Source: a bacterium (GTDB taxonomy: Bacteria > JACRDZ01 > JAQUKH01). Taken from it: 64,000 nt of DNA. A program made the translations under genes and the position numbers. The notes beneath the pieces were generated by a model. The model searched no databases. It saw only the letters and a list, made by a program, of their open reading frames with translations, and had not been told where the DNA came from. This document shows, in pieces, positions 10,503 through 20,690 of this stretch (positions within the stretch are counted from its first letter, which is position 1; each line of letters begins with the position of its first letter). The stretch spans positions 38,332 to 102,331 of the forward strand of contig JAQUKH010000004.1 of the NCBI GenBank assembly GCA_028719205.1. The letters run 5' to 3'.

Positions 10503-11468
10503 ATGAGGATAATTGCCATTGCGAATCAAAAAGGCGGATGCGGAAAAACGACTACGGCAATAAACCTGTCTGCCAGCCTTTCTGAGGAAAGCAGGAAAGT
10601 CCTTCTTATCGATATGGACCCGCAGGGACACGCGTCCATCGGCTTGAATATTCGCACGGAAGAACTTAAAAAAACCATGTTTGACCTTCTGGTCAGTGAC
10701 CGCCGCAACCCCGTCTCGCTGGATGATATAATAATTCCTATAAATGAAAATCTGGATATCGCACCGTCAAATATCACATTAAGCGCGGTTGAACAGGTTT
10801 TAAGCGGGATTCCCGGCCGGGATAATAAACTGATCATGAAAATTAATTCAATGAAGAAATCTTATGATTATATCATTATTGACTGTCCTCCTAACATCGG
10901 TATCCTTACCTTTAACGCCCTTCGCGCAAGCCGGGAAGTAATCGTTCCCATTGAAGCAAGCTTTTTTTCTCTGCATGGTCTTGGGAAACTTGTTGAGACT
11001 ATCGAACTTTTTAAAGAAACATTAAATCATCAAATTTTTATCAGAGCTCTTCCCACCATTTTTGATAAAAGGACCAAATTTTCAACTGAAGTTTTAGCGG
11101 AAATACAAAAATATTTCAAAGAAAACACGCTTAAAACAATAATTCATATAAATGTAAAATTAAAGGAAGCCGCGAGCTACGGCGTTCCGGTAAATAAATA
11201 CGACAGGCACTCCAGCGGCCATTATGATTATAGTAATCTGGCGGAAGAGATTGTCAAGCTTGAAGAATTTAAATACCTGAATTATTACAAAGAAATACCT
11301 GTGTCAGAAGAACAAAAAGAAACTAAACCGGCTTTATCTGATTTTTTATCAGAGGATTTTAAAAAAGAAAAAATTCCGGTTATGGGAGAGGCCAATAACA
11401 GAATGCATCCAGCAGAAGTAATAAACGCGAATGCCCCTGTTTCCAATTCGATCTCAACAAGAAAATAA
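10503..11468 (+). CDS. ParA/MinD-family P-loop ATPase (321 aa) with a roughly 70-aa C-terminal extension.
   Basis: Deviant Walker A KGGCGKTTTAINLSA, LLIDMDPQG, IIIDCPPNIG. Classic ParA/Soj/MinD fold signature. Confidence 0.85.
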   Translation: MRIIAIANQKGGCGKTTTAINLSASLSEESRKVLLIDMDPQGHASIGLNIRTEELKKTMFDLLVSDRRNPVSLDDIIIPINENLDIAPSNITLSAVEQVLSGIPGRDNKLIMKINSMKKSYDYIIIDCPPNIGILTFNALRASREVIVPIEASFFSLHGLGKLVETIELFKETLNHQIFIRALPTIFDKRTKFSTEVLAEIQKYFKENTLKTIIHINVKLKEAASYGVPVNKYDRHSSGHYDYSNLAEEIVKLEEFKYLNYYKEIPVSEEQKETKPALSDFLSEDFKKEKIPVMGEANNRMHPAEVINANAPVSNSISTRK

Positions 11469-11490
11469 ACCTTTCAGTTTTATTAACAAT

Positions 11491-12402
11491 ATGTTAAAAG
11501 AAACTCCTGTCAATGATATAAAAGGGAATAGAAAGCTTGGAAGAGGATTAGCCGAAGTGTCCAATGTCTTCCAAACAAAAAATTTTCCTTCATTTTCCCA
11601 GAAGGAAAATAGCGTTTTAAATAATATTTTTATAACCGGTATGGCTAATAACCTTACCCGTTCATTCTTTACAAGTTATCTTACAATTGAACTCGCAAAA
11701 CTCAGGCATAAGATCCTTCTTTTGGACGCGGAGTGCCTGGATCATACCCCGTCATCTTTACTTGCTAATCTTGAAACAAAACCATTAATTAATTCGTTTT
11801 ATAATAGTTTATTTCCGGGCAGGCAAAACGGTTTTTTAAGCCATCAGGTATTTTTTGACCCCGATTACTCATTTAACCTTATTTCATTAAGCTCCAAAGA
11901 CAAGAGTTTTTCCAACTGGAAAAGATTCAACGAATATTTCCATCCGCAAAAAAGTAATCCTGAATTTTCAAGATCCACGGAATTAATTATTATCTCTTCC
12001 TGCCATGACTGGCTGTTAAAAGAACTGAATGAAAACAAATTCTTCACTCCATTGGAAAATATAATAATTCTCACTTCCATAACACGTGATGAAATTATTT
12101 CCACTTATACCCTGATAAAAAATATTTTTCACAAATTCTCAAATCAAAAGATCGGACTGGTTATCTACGGAACGGAAAAAGAAGAAACCGCGGTGCTTGC
12201 TTATCAAAAAATACAGGAAACGATCAATAAACATTTAAATAAATCCATCTATTACTTCGGTTCCATCCCTCATACGGATGAAATGTATAAAACCTTAATG
12301 ATTCATAAACCCGCAATTCTCGACAAAGAATCATCAAATTTGTGTTACCCCATTTCTGCCTGCGCTCAGAGGATCATGAAAACTATCAGGGTTGATGATT
12401 AA
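11491..12402 (+). CDS. Degenerate ParA/MinD-like paralogue lacking the P-loop, with a ParB-like N-terminal RGLGRGL peptide (about 303 aa).
   Basis: ParA-like block order is retained (IFITGMANNLTRS..LAKLRHKILLLDAE..ELIIISSCHD..GLVIYGTEKEE), but Walker A GKT is replaced by MANN. N-terminus KGNRKLGRGLAEV resembles the ParA-activating N-terminal peptide of ParB. The start at 11491 was chosen to avoid the 38-nt overlap of the track ORF. Confidence 0.5.
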   Translation: MLKETPVNDIKGNRKLGRGLAEVSNVFQTKNFPSFSQKENSVLNNIFITGMANNLTRSFFTSYLTIELAKLRHKILLLDAECLDHTPSSLLANLETKPLINSFYNSLFPGRQNGFLSHQVFFDPDYSFNLISLSSKDKSFSNWKRFNEYFHPQKSNPEFSRSTELIIISSCHDWLLKELNENKFFTPLENIIILTSITRDEIISTYTLIKNIFHKFSNQKIGLVIYGTEKEETAVLAYQKIQETINKHLNKSIYYFGSIPHTDEMYKTLMIHKPAILDKESSNLCYPISACAQRIMKTIRVDD

Positions 12403-12488
12403 CATATTCAAAAAATAATTTAATAACACATTGCAATATTGCCGAACTTATTATAAAATAACATATATTAAAATTTATTGGAGATAAA

Positions 12489-13178
12489 ATGAATTTTTCA
12501 GGCAAAAGCTTCTTACTCTCTATTTTGGGATTGCTTTTTTTTACCGGATGTTTTAACCATACTTTACCGACAGTTAAAAGACTGGATAAAGGCGAAAAAA
12601 TCTGGGGAGCGTCTTTTGGTATCCCGATTTTTTCTTCTCAATCCTCAATTGAGGAAGATCCGCAAACACCAAACCCGGCGAAAGAATTCAGCTGGTCATT
12701 ATGGTATGGTTACGGCGCAAGCTCGGATCTGGATTATTATCTCTATGTCGGAGAATTGGGCGGGGCTGGAATTCTATTTAATAATGAAATAAAGGAATCC
12801 AGCGTTTCATCAGTAGTTTTAAATTACGGGATCGGCACAGTAAACGGGATTTATGGATTTCGTCCAAGAATCGGTATAAATTACAGCGATGGGAAAGACG
12901 ACGTTAAAAAACAAGTCGGATTTTTAACCGGAGTTTCCTATGACTTTAGCGGAAACGAGCCTGAACTCGTGGGAGATTACGAACTCTACGCGGGCTTGGA
13001 CCAGAAGAAAGATAATCATTTTTATTTTGGACGTTTAGGCCTCCAAAAAGTTAATAAATTTTCCCATAAATTTTCCGAGATCTCTAAATGGGGCCCTCAA
13101 TTTTTGTCTTATAGAGAATGGGCAAAAACACCATATCATTTAAATATAGAATCCGGTATCGGATCGATTAAAAAGTAA
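12489..13178 (+). CDS. Lipoprotein of unknown function (229 aa), possibly a small outer-membrane beta-barrel.
   Basis: Signal peptide with lipobox LFFTGC. Alternating hydrophobic beta-strand-like segments. C-terminal aromatic residue. Confidence 0.45.
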   Translation: MNFSGKSFLLSILGLLFFTGCFNHTLPTVKRLDKGEKIWGASFGIPIFSSQSSIEEDPQTPNPAKEFSWSLWYGYGASSDLDYYLYVGELGGAGILFNNEIKESSVSSVVLNYGIGTVNGIYGFRPRIGINYSDGKDDVKKQVGFLTGVSYDFSGNEPELVGDYELYAGLDQKKDNHFYFGRLGLQKVNKFSHKFSEISKWGPQFLSYREWAKTPYHLNIESGIGSIKK

Positions 13179-14980
13179 TGAAAATTGAACTTCTCGCGCC
13201 GGCAAAAAACGCGGAAACTGGTGTTGCCGCTATTAATTGCGGCGCGGACGCGGTATACATCTCTGCCGGAAAATTCGGCGCAAGAGAGAACGCGGGAAAC
13301 AGCCTTCCTGATATTGAAAAACTTATACTCCACGCCCATAAATTTTATTCCCGTGTATACATCGCCTTAAATACGATTTTACGGGATGATGAACTGCCTG
13401 AAGCTCAAAAACTTATTAATGACTTATATTCAATAAATGCTGATGGCCTGATAATTCAGGATATGGGACTTCTCGAACTGGAACTCCCGCCAATTCCGCT
13501 TATAGCAAGCACCCAGATGAATAATGATTCTCTTGAAAAAATATTATTTCTTGAAAAAGCGGGTTTTAAGCGTGTTATTCTTCCGAGAGAAATGGCCCTT
13601 GAGGAAATAAAAAAGATCCGCGATAAAACAACAATAGAGCTTGAATGCTTTATCCACGGGTCGCTTTGCGTAAGTTACAGCGGACAATGCTATTTAAGCC
13701 ACGCGATCGGAGGCAGAAGCGCTAACCGCGGATGCTGCGCCCAACCTTGCCGCCAGAAATATTCTCTTTGCGATAAAAACGGCAAAACTATAATAAATGG
13801 CCGGCATATTCTCTCCCTTAAGGATATGAACCGCTCCGAATACCTAAGGGATTTGATCGATGCAGGAGTTACATCTTTTAAAATAGAGGGCCGGTTAAAA
13901 GACCTGCCCTATGTGGTAAATATAACAAGCTTCTACCGTAAAAAACTTGATGAGATAATCGACGGAAAAAATATCCTGAAAAGTTCATCGGGAAAAACTT
14001 CATTTGATTTCACGCCGGATCCTTTCAAAACATTTAACCGCGGATACACAAATTACGGCATGGATGGCAGCAAAAAAGAAATGGCTTCGATCTACACCCC
14101 GAAATCTATCGGTGAAAAGATAGGAACTGTTGAAAAAGTCCATAATTACTTATTTACGATATCAAAAGAGCACGGCCTCGTGAACGGCGACGGGATATGT
14201 TTTTTTGACGCGGATCAAAACCTCAAAGGTACTAATATTAACAAAATAGAACAGGAAAAGATCTATCCTGATAAAATGTATGATATTAAAGAAGGGCTTG
14301 TCATTTACAGAAATTACGACCGGATGTTCATAAAAACGCTTGAAAGAGCGCCTTATAAACGAAAAATTTCCATATTTTTCACGCTGGAAGAAACCCCTGA
14401 TGGTTTTAAACTAAACGCTTTAGATGAGGACGGGATTACCGGAACAGTTTCCATCCCGGCTCAAAAAATAAAAGCTGAAAAAAAAGAAATGGCAGGATCA
14501 GCTATAAAAAATCAGCTTCTAAAATTAAATGACACAATATTTTCCTGTGAAAACATATCGATAGACTTAAAAGAAACTTACTTCATCCCCCTCTCTCTGC
14601 TGAATCAATTAAGGCGGGAAACAATAATGAATTTATTGGAAGCCCGTGAAAAAAACAGGCCGAAACAGACAGGAAAAATTCTGGTAAATGATATCCCCTA
14701 CCCCGAAAAAAATATTAATTACCTCGGAAATGTCCTGAATAAAAAGGCGGAAGCCTTTTACAACCGGCACGGCGCGAAAGTTTTAGAACCCGCCGCGGAA
14801 TCAGGACTTGATATGAACGGGCGCATGGTAATGGTCACAAAATATTGCGTTAAAAAGGATTTGGATCTATGCGGGAAAGATCCTTCCGATCTATATCTTA
14901 TCGGCGAAGACGGGCGGAAATATCTTCTAAAATTCATTTGTGAAAAATGTCAAATGGAAATATTCTTCCCTCAAGTTTAG
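13178..14980 (+). CDS. Peptidase U32 family protein (600 aa), of the collagenase-like YhbU/YegQ/TrhP type.
   Basis: N-terminus ELLAPAKNAETGVAAINCGADAVYISAGKFGARENAGN and the ALNTILRDDEL block match the U32 signature. The Cys cluster CAQPCRQ fits. 1-nt stop/start overlap with the upstream lipoprotein gene. Confidence 0.8.
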   Translation: MKIELLAPAKNAETGVAAINCGADAVYISAGKFGARENAGNSLPDIEKLILHAHKFYSRVYIALNTILRDDELPEAQKLINDLYSINADGLIIQDMGLLELELPPIPLIASTQMNNDSLEKILFLEKAGFKRVILPREMALEEIKKIRDKTTIELECFIHGSLCVSYSGQCYLSHAIGGRSANRGCCAQPCRQKYSLCDKNGKTIINGRHILSLKDMNRSEYLRDLIDAGVTSFKIEGRLKDLPYVVNITSFYRKKLDEIIDGKNILKSSSGKTSFDFTPDPFKTFNRGYTNYGMDGSKKEMASIYTPKSIGEKIGTVEKVHNYLFTISKEHGLVNGDGICFFDADQNLKGTNINKIEQEKIYPDKMYDIKEGLVIYRNYDRMFIKTLERAPYKRKISIFFTLEETPDGFKLNALDEDGITGTVSIPAQKIKAEKKEMAGSAIKNQLLKLNDTIFSCENISIDLKETYFIPLSLLNQLRRETIMNLLEAREKNRPKQTGKILVNDIPYPEKNINYLGNVLNKKAEAFYNRHGAKVLEPAAESGLDMNGRMVMVTKYCVKKDLDLCGKDPSDLYLIGEDGRKYLLKFICEKCQMEIFFPQV

Positions 14981-14987
14981 TTTAAAT

Positions 14988-15653
14988 CTATTGTTGTTTC
15001 TCCATATGATGCCGGATATCTTTCCCTAAAACCATAAAAATCACGTCTTCCGCGATGTTAGTGGCATGGTCGGCGATACGCTCCAGGTTACGGGCAATAA
15101 GAATAAAATCAAGCGAGGATAAAACCTTAGAGGTATCATTTCTCATTACATCTTTTAAATCGTTAAAGATCTTGGACTTTAAGTCATCCACCTTATCATC
15201 TGTAAGAACAACTGTCCTTGCAAGCTCTACATCCCGGTTTATAAACGCCTTAAGGCTGTCCTGCAGCATCTTTTGTGAAATATTTGCCATATTGTCCAGA
15301 TCCGGCATGGATTTCAAGTCGGAAATTTCATGCAGTTTGGAACTATTTTCAGCTATATTAACAGCCTGGTCCCCGATACGCTCAAGGTCGCTGTTGATCT
15401 TCACAGCGGCCATAATAAACCGAAGGTCAATAGCGATCGGCTGCCTTAACGCGATTATGCGGAGGCACATTTCATCTATTTCTATATGAAGTTTATTAAC
15501 CTCTTTTTCTTTCTGATATATGGAATCAATAAAATCATCCTTTTTCTTTTTAAGCGAAGCTATAGCAAGATCGATCATGGTTCCTGCAATATCACCCATA
15601 TACAGAATTTTCTCTTTCAATTCCTTAAGTTCTTCTTCAAAATAACGTTCCAT
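14988..15653 (-). CDS. phoU: Phosphate transport system regulatory protein PhoU.
   Basis: Duplicated PhoU repeats LERIGDQAVNIAE and LERIADHATNIAEDVIFMV. Sits at the end of the pst operon. Confidence 0.85.
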   Translation of the reverse strand: MERYFEEELKELKEKILYMGDIAGTMIDLAIASLKKKKDDFIDSIYQKEKEVNKLHIEIDEMCLRIIALRQPIAIDLRFIMAAVKINSDLERIGDQAVNIAENSSKLHEISDLKSMPDLDNMANISQKMLQDSLKAFINRDVELARTVVLTDDKVDDLKSKIFNDLKDVMRNDTSKVLSSLDFILIARNLERIADHATNIAEDVIFMVLGKDIRHHMEKQQ

Positions 15654-15677
15654 GGTTGCCTCTCCTTTATATTAATT

Positions 15678-15731
15678 GTAGGGGCTTGATTTATCAAGCC
15701 CTTTCCTGGGTTCGATAAATCGAACCCCTAC
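15678..15731. repeat. REP-like compound palindrome, family 1, between pstB and phoU (GTAGGGG..two inner hairpins..CCCCTAC).
   Basis: Outer stem GTAGGGG/CCCCTAC encloses the hairpins CTTGATttATCAAG and GTTCGATaaATCGAAC. Confidence 0.5.
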
Positions 15732-15735
15732 ATTT

Positions 15736-16491
15736 TTATCCAAACCTTCCTGTTATATAATCCTCCGTCCTTTTGTCCCTCGGAGCTGTAAAAATATTAT
15801 TTGTATCGTCAAACTCAATAAGCTCTCCTAAAAGCAAAAATCCGGAATAATCCGAAACCCTCGCGGCCTGCTGCATATTGTGAGTAACAATTACAATAGT
15901 ATAATCCTTTTTAAGGGTATTCATTAATTCTTCAATTTTCATAGTAGCTATCGGGTCCAATGTCGAACAGGGTTCATCCATTAAGATCACTTCAGGCTCG
16001 ATAATAATAAGCCTCGCTATACACAATTTTTGTTTTTGATCCAGTGACAGGTCCAAAGCCGAGCTATGAAGTTTATCTTTTACATCATCCCAAAGCCACG
16101 CGTCTCTTAAACATTTTTCAATTTTTTCATCCCAGATAGACTTTTCTCCAATATTATGGATCCTTAACCCATATGTCAGATTTTCATAAATACTTAACGG
16201 GAACGGATTAGGATGTTGAAAAACCATACCAATTTTTTTACGCAATTCCGTTAAACCGATATTCTCCTGATAAATATCTTTATTATCTAAAAAGATCCGC
16301 CCTGAAATTTTAACCCCGTCAATAATATCGTTCATCCTGTTTAATGTTCGTAAAAGTGTGGATTTCCCGCAACCCGAAGGCCCTATCAAGGCTGTGATAC
16401 GGTTCTCAGCGATCTCCATATTAATATTCTTCAAGGCATGGAACTGGCCATACCAGAGAGATAAATCTTTTATTTGCATTCTAATGTCCAT
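15736..16491 (-). CDS. pstB: Phosphate ABC transporter ATP-binding protein PstB (copy 3).
   Basis: GPSGCGKST Walker [15 protein letters not shown] signature, and the C-terminal YITGRFG that is PstB-specific. Likely start MDIRMQ at 16491 with a GAGGA RBS. The track ORF extends through the REP hairpins to 16581. Confidence 0.85.
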   Translation of the reverse strand: MDIRMQIKDLSLWYGQFHALKNINMEIAENRITALIGPSGCGKSTLLRTLNRMNDIIDGVKISGRIFLDNKDIYQENIGLTELRKKIGMVFQHPNPFPLSIYENLTYGLRIHNIGEKSIWDEKIEKCLRDAWLWDDVKDKLHSSALDLSLDQKQKLCIARLIIIEPEVILMDEPCSTLDPIATMKIEELMNTLKKDYTIVIVTHNMQQAARVSDYSGFLLLGELIEFDDTNNIFTAPRDKRTEDYITGRFG

Positions 16492-16502
16492 AATATTTCC
16501 TC

Positions 16503-16580
16503 GTAGGGGCGAACCCATGTGTTCGCCCTGTGCCATACGCACAGGTTCACCTATTATGGGCAGACACATGGATCTGCCCA
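16503..16580. repeat. Cluster of three consecutive hairpins (REP-like family 1) between the tandem pstB genes.
   Basis: GTAGGGGCGAACccatgtGTTCGCCC; CCTGTGccatacgCACAGG; TGGGCAGAcacatggaTCTGCCCA. Confidence 0.5.
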
Positions 16581-16586
16581 TACATT

Positions 16587-17339
16587 TTACCCAAACCTTC
16601 CCGTAATATAGTCATCCGTCCTTTTATCCACAGGTATCGTAAAAACCTGCCGGCTTTGGCCATACTCGATCAGCTCGCCCATCAAAAGAAAAGCTACCTT
16701 ATCGGCCACGCGAGCGGCCTGCTTTGTATTATTTGTAACTATAATTATTGTATATTTTTCCTTTAATCTGAGCATTGCTTCTTCGATCTTGGCCGTGGAG
16801 ATCGGATCAAGGCTTGAACATGGTTCGTCCAGAAGAATAACCTCCGGCTGTAAAGCAAGAGTCCTTGCTATACATAACCTCTGCTTTTGCCCGCCTGATA
16901 AAGATAATGCCGACTGATTAAGCCGGTCCTTAACCTCATCCCACAAAAATGCCTGCCGCAAACTATGTTCCACTAACTCATCTAATTTCTTTTTATAAAT
17001 TATCCCGGCCAGCCTGGGCCCATAAATAATATTTTCATAAATTGACCTTGGCAATGGAACAGGCTGGGCAAAAACCATCCCTATGCGGCGCCTTAACTCA
17101 GGAACATTTATATCAACCGAATATATATCTTTGTCATCGACAAAAATATCGCCTTCTTTTTTCGTATTATAAGTAGCATCTTCTAATCTGTTTATCAATC
17201 TTAAAAGCGTTGTCTTGCCGCTTCCAGCGGGCCCGATTATGGCAAGGATCTCATTTTTTAAAACTTCAAGATTTACTGAATTTAAAACTTTCTTGCCTTC
17301 AAAATAAAAAGATAGATCTTTTAATAAAATTTTATTCAT
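16587..17339 (-). CDS. pstB: Second, divergent PstB-like ABC ATPase (250 aa), arranged in tandem with pstB.
   Basis: GPAGSGKTT Walker [17 protein letters not shown]-terminal YITGRFG. Diverged from the other two PstB copies. Confidence 0.8.
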   Translation of the reverse strand: MNKILLKDLSFYFEGKKVLNSVNLEVLKNEILAIIGPAGSGKTTLLRLINRLEDATYNTKKEGDIFVDDKDIYSVDINVPELRRRIGMVFAQPVPLPRSIYENIIYGPRLAGIIYKKKLDELVEHSLRQAFLWDEVKDRLNQSALSLSGGQKQRLCIARTLALQPEVILLDEPCSSLDPISTAKIEEAMLRLKEKYTIIIVTNNTKQAARVADKVAFLLMGELIEYGQSRQVFTIPVDKRTDDYITGRFG

Positions 17340-18178
17340 TTTCCTTCTATCCTTCTGATAAAACGGTGCATGATCCAGTACGATAAAAAATTGATCATTC
17401 CTATGGAAATGATCAAAACGCTGGCCGTAGCATAGGCATTCTTTAAAGAAATACCTTCCCTTGAAAGAATATAAAAATGTACCGACATGGTCCTCACTGA
17501 ATCAAACAGGGAATTCGGCAGGCGAAGAGATGAACCAGCAGTGAATATTACCGCGGCTGTCTCCCCCACACACCGGCCGATACTTAATATTATTCCTGTC
17601 AAAATTCCCGGAAGTGCCTGAGGAATTACAATGAAAACTATTGTCTGCCATTTAGTCCCGCCGAGCGAATAACTTACCTCACGCAGGGGTTTTGGAACCG
17701 CCTTGATCGCCTCCTCACTGGTCCTTATTATAGTCGGCAGGATCATGATCGAAAGTGTCAGGCCGCCTGAAATAATTGACCAGCCCATTTTTAATTTAAT
17801 AACAAAAAGCACAAAACCAAACAATCCAAACACTATAGATGGAATACCTGCGAGGCAATCCGCTCCAAAACGGATCATCTGTGTAATCCTGTTTTCCCTT
17901 GTATATTCAGTTAAGTAAACAGCTGTTCCTATTCCCAAAGGCCCCGCAATGAAAACCGCCGCGAGCGTAAGCAATATTGTCCCGATGATGATCGGGAAAA
18001 TTCCGCCCTCCCTGCCCATACTTTTCGGAAATTCCATAAAAAATTCTTTTGATAAACCGCCGATACCATTTTTTAGAATAAAACCAACAATATAAAAAAG
18101 TATAAAAATTGTAATAATAGTAAATATCCATAAAAATATTTTCACTATTTTTTCTATTATATTTTGATTAATACTCAT
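17336..18178 (-). CDS. pstA: Phosphate ABC transporter permease PstA.
   Basis: Polytopic membrane protein. Sits between pstC and pstB. 4-nt overlaps with neighbours. Confidence 0.85.
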   Translation of the reverse strand: MSINQNIIEKIVKIFLWIFTIITIFILFYIVGFILKNGIGGLSKEFFMEFPKSMGREGGIFPIIIGTILLTLAAVFIAGPLGIGTAVYLTEYTRENRITQMIRFGADCLAGIPSIVFGLFGFVLFVIKLKMGWSIISGGLTLSIMILPTIIRTSEEAIKAVPKPLREVSYSLGGTKWQTIVFIVIPQALPGILTGIILSIGRCVGETAAVIFTAGSSLRLPNSLFDSVRTMSVHFYILSREGISLKNAYATASVLIISIGMINFLSYWIMHRFIRRIEGK

Positions 18179-19023
18179 TTTCTGACTTTCCTCTTTGTAA
18201 AAACATAAGCCGCTGTATTCAATATCATAATTATCACAAATAAAACCATGCCTGTTCCGAACAGCGCTTCACGATGCATACCTGTCGCATAACCTAATTC
18301 CAGCGCGATATTAGAGGTCAAGGTCCTTACAGGCTCAAGAATCGAATGTGGGATCCTTACGGCATTGCCGCTTACCATAATTACCGCCATAGTTTCGCCT
18401 ACCGCGCGCCCCATCCCTAAAATAACACTCGCGATTATACCCGATCTCGCCGCGGGAATAATAACCATATAAACCGACTGCCACCTTGTCGCCCCCAATG
18501 CCAGTGAACCCTCAAGATAAGATTTTGGCACCGCGTGTAAAGCATCCAGAGAAATACTTATGACCGTGGGAAGGATCATTATAGCAAGAACCATGCTCCC
18601 CGCTAAAACCGAAAGGCCGGGGCCTCCTAAATATTCACGGATCAACGGCGCTAAGATCACAACACCAATGAACCCGTAAACTACAGACGGGATCCCCGCG
18701 AGAAGTTCGATTGCGGGTTTTAATATTCTTGCTATCTTTTTAGGGCAGAATTCCGCGAGAAAAATACTGACTGATAGGCTCAACGGCACGCCTATAATAA
18801 GAGCTCCTATTGTAATCCACACTGACCCCATGATCATGCTGAACAACCCGAACTGTTTTTGGCTCGGCGCCCAGTCAGGCGAAAAAATAAATTTTGCGAA
18901 CCCTATTTTCAAAAATATGCCTATCCCTTCCTTAAAGATAAAAACAGTGATCAATGCCAGTAAAAATAAGGCAGAACACGCAATCAAAAAGAATGTTTTT
19001 TCTATTAATTTTTCTCTGTTCAT
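18175..19023 (-). CDS. pstC: Phosphate ABC transporter permease PstC.
   Basis: Polytopic membrane protein directly downstream of pstS. Confidence 0.85.
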   Translation of the reverse strand: MNREKLIEKTFFLIACSALFLLALITVFIFKEGIGIFLKIGFAKFIFSPDWAPSQKQFGLFSMIMGSVWITIGALIIGVPLSLSVSIFLAEFCPKKIARILKPAIELLAGIPSVVYGFIGVVILAPLIREYLGGPGLSVLAGSMVLAIMILPTVISISLDALHAVPKSYLEGSLALGATRWQSVYMVIIPAARSGIIASVILGMGRAVGETMAVIMVSGNAVRIPHSILEPVRTLTSNIALELGYATGMHREALFGTGMVLFVIIMILNTAAYVFTKRKVRK

Positions 19024-19032
19024 ATTTATTTA

Positions 19033-19079
19033 CCTCCCCCTTCCCCTCCTTACCAAGGAGGGGATTAAGGGGTGGTTCC
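19033..19079. repeat. REP-like palindromic element, family 2 (CCCCTTAATCCCCTCCTT-loop-AAGGAGGGGA), lying between pstS and pstC.
   Basis: The reverse complement is nearly identical to the element at 21534-21580. Hairpin CCCCTCCTT acc AAGGAGGGG. Confidence 0.55.
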
Positions 19080-19862
19080 TACCTTAATCAATCCTTCTTT
19101 TTCCAAAAAATTCTGTCCTTCGTTTGATAGAACAAAATCTACAAAATCTTTGGCGTCTTTTCCTAATTCACCGGTATGGACAAACAGAAAAGGCCGCATA
19201 AAATTATATTTCTTTTCTTTTACCGCCGCCCGGTCCGGTAAAATTCCATCAATCTTAACTGCCTTTACATCTTTGTCAACAAGCCCTAACGATATATACG
19301 CGATCGACCATGGATCCGCCTTTACGATCTCCCTTACCGACCCATTGGAATCCTGAACCATACAAGCGTTGGAAATTGGGGTTTCTTTCATTACCAATTC
19401 CTGGAACGCGCCGCGGGTACCTGAACCGTCCTCACGGGTAATGGCGTTTATTTCCTTATCCTCTCCACCTAACTCTTTCCAATTCAAGATCTTCCGGCTG
19501 AAAATTTTTCTGATATCTTCAAGTGAAATATTATCTATTTTGTTTCGCGGATTAAGTATTACAACAACGGCATCATAGGCTATCGGGATAATTTTTAACT
19601 GTTTTTCCTCATCCAGGCTTAAATGCCTTGAGGACATCCCGATATTAGCTGTTCCTGATATCGCGGACTGTATCCCAGCGCTGGATCCGCCTCCCTGAAT
19701 ATTAATCTCGGCTGTTTTATTTTTGCGGATATACATTTCTTCCAGACCTTCAACAAAAGGCTGGACAGAGGTCGATCCCGCAATAACTAAGGTTTTTTTA
19801 CGGCTATTAGAATTACAGGAAAGAATAAAAATAATGCAGATCAATAAAAATATTTTTTTCAT
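19065..19862 (-). CDS. pstS: Phosphate-binding protein PstS (short form, 265 aa).
   Basis: Signal peptide. LVIAGSTSVQPF and the SGS/GT motifs of phosphate-binding proteins. Confidence 0.8.
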   Translation of the reverse strand: MKKIFLLICIIFILSCNSNSRKKTLVIAGSTSVQPFVEGLEEMYIRKNKTAEINIQGGGSSAGIQSAISGTANIGMSSRHLSLDEEKQLKIIPIAYDAVVVILNPRNKIDNISLEDIRKIFSRKILNWKELGGEDKEINAITREDGSGTRGAFQELVMKETPISNACMVQDSNGSVREIVKADPWSIAYISLGLVDKDVKAVKIDGILPDRAAVKEKKYNFMRPFLFVHTGELGKDAKDFVDFVLSNEGQNFLEKEGLIKVGTTP

Positions 19863-19896
19863 TCTCGAAATTATATCATATATGTTTTGCGCGATT

Positions 19897-19919
19897 GTGA
19901 ATTTTGTGTGAAGTTTTTG
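19897..19919 (-). promoter_or_regulatory. Pho-box-like direct repeat GTGAATTTTGT GTGAAGTTTTT (TTCACA hexamers at 11-bp phase on the sense strand), 35-57 nt upstream of pstS copy 2.
   Basis: The 23-nt string is identical to the one at 22547-22569, and a variant lies at 26047-26068. The architecture matches PhoB/PhoP-type boxes (direct hexamer repeats 11 bp apart). Confidence 0.55.
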
Positions 19920-19931
19920 TTATTCTTAACA

Positions 19932-20690
19932 TTACCCAAATCGACCCGTAATATATGCCTCAGTCCTTTTGTCTTTAGGATTAGTAAATATTTCCTGCGT
20001 TTTTCCAAATTCAATCAATTCGCCCAGTAGAAAAAATGCTGTCCAATCTGAGACACGTGCAGCCTGCTGCATATTATGAGTAACGATCACAATAGTATAA
20101 TTTTGTTTTAACTGCTGGATCAGCTCTTCTATTTTTGTAGTAGAAATAGGATCCAGCGCCGAACACGGTTCATCAAACAGAATAACCTCCGGCTTAACCG
20201 CCAGGGCCCTCGCGATACAAAGCCTTTGCTGCTGCCCACCTGAAAGGCTCATGCCGGAAGCTTTTAGCTTATCTTTAACTTCATCCCATAACGCCGCTTT
20301 TTTCAAGGATTCCTCCACAATTTCATCTAAATAAGATTTTTTATTAATGCCGTTTAATTTCAAACCGACAGAAACATTTTCGTAGATAGAAAGTGTGGGA
20401 AACGGCGTCGGTTTTTGAAAAACCATCCCGACTTTTTGCCGAAGCTCGATCGGATCGACATCCCCGTCATAAATATTTTTGCCATCAAGCAAAACGTCAC
20501 CACGCACACTGGTGCCGGGAATAACTTCATGCATTCGGTTTAAACACCGGATAAAAGTCGATTTACCGCACCCTGAAGGGCCAATGATCGCGGTGGCTAC
20601 TCTTTCCCCTATCTTCATATTTATATCTTTTACCGCGTGTGTTTTTCCAAAATAGGCATTCAAATTATTAGTTATTATTGTGTTTTTCAT
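19932..20690 (-). CDS. pstB: Phosphate ABC transporter ATP-binding protein PstB (copy 1).
   Basis: [25 protein letters not shown]-terminal YITGRFG. Likely start MKNTIIT at 20690, overlapping the pstA stop by 4 nt. Confidence 0.85.
   Translation of the reverse strand: MKNTIITNNLNAYFGKTHAVKDINMKIGERVATAIIGPSGCGKSTFIRCLNRMHEVIPGTSVRGDVLLDGKNIYDGDVDPIELRQKVGMVFQKPTPFPTLSIYENVSVGLKLNGINKKSYLDEIVEESLKKAALWDEVKDKLKASGMSLSGGQQQRLCIARALAVKPEVILFDEPCSALDPISTTKIEELIQQLKQNYTIVIVTHNMQQAARVSDWTAFFLLGELIEFGKTQEIFTNPKDKRTEAYITGRFG

Noticed and set aside
16491-16581. N-terminal extensions of the pstB ORFs ([21 protein letters not shown]... at 16581 and [12 protein letters not shown]... at 20768), as called in the ORF track.
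   Set aside because: The extensions read through REP-like hairpins or overlap the pstA gene by 82 nt. The internal Met codons at 16491 and 20690 have RBSs and give canonical PstB N-termini.
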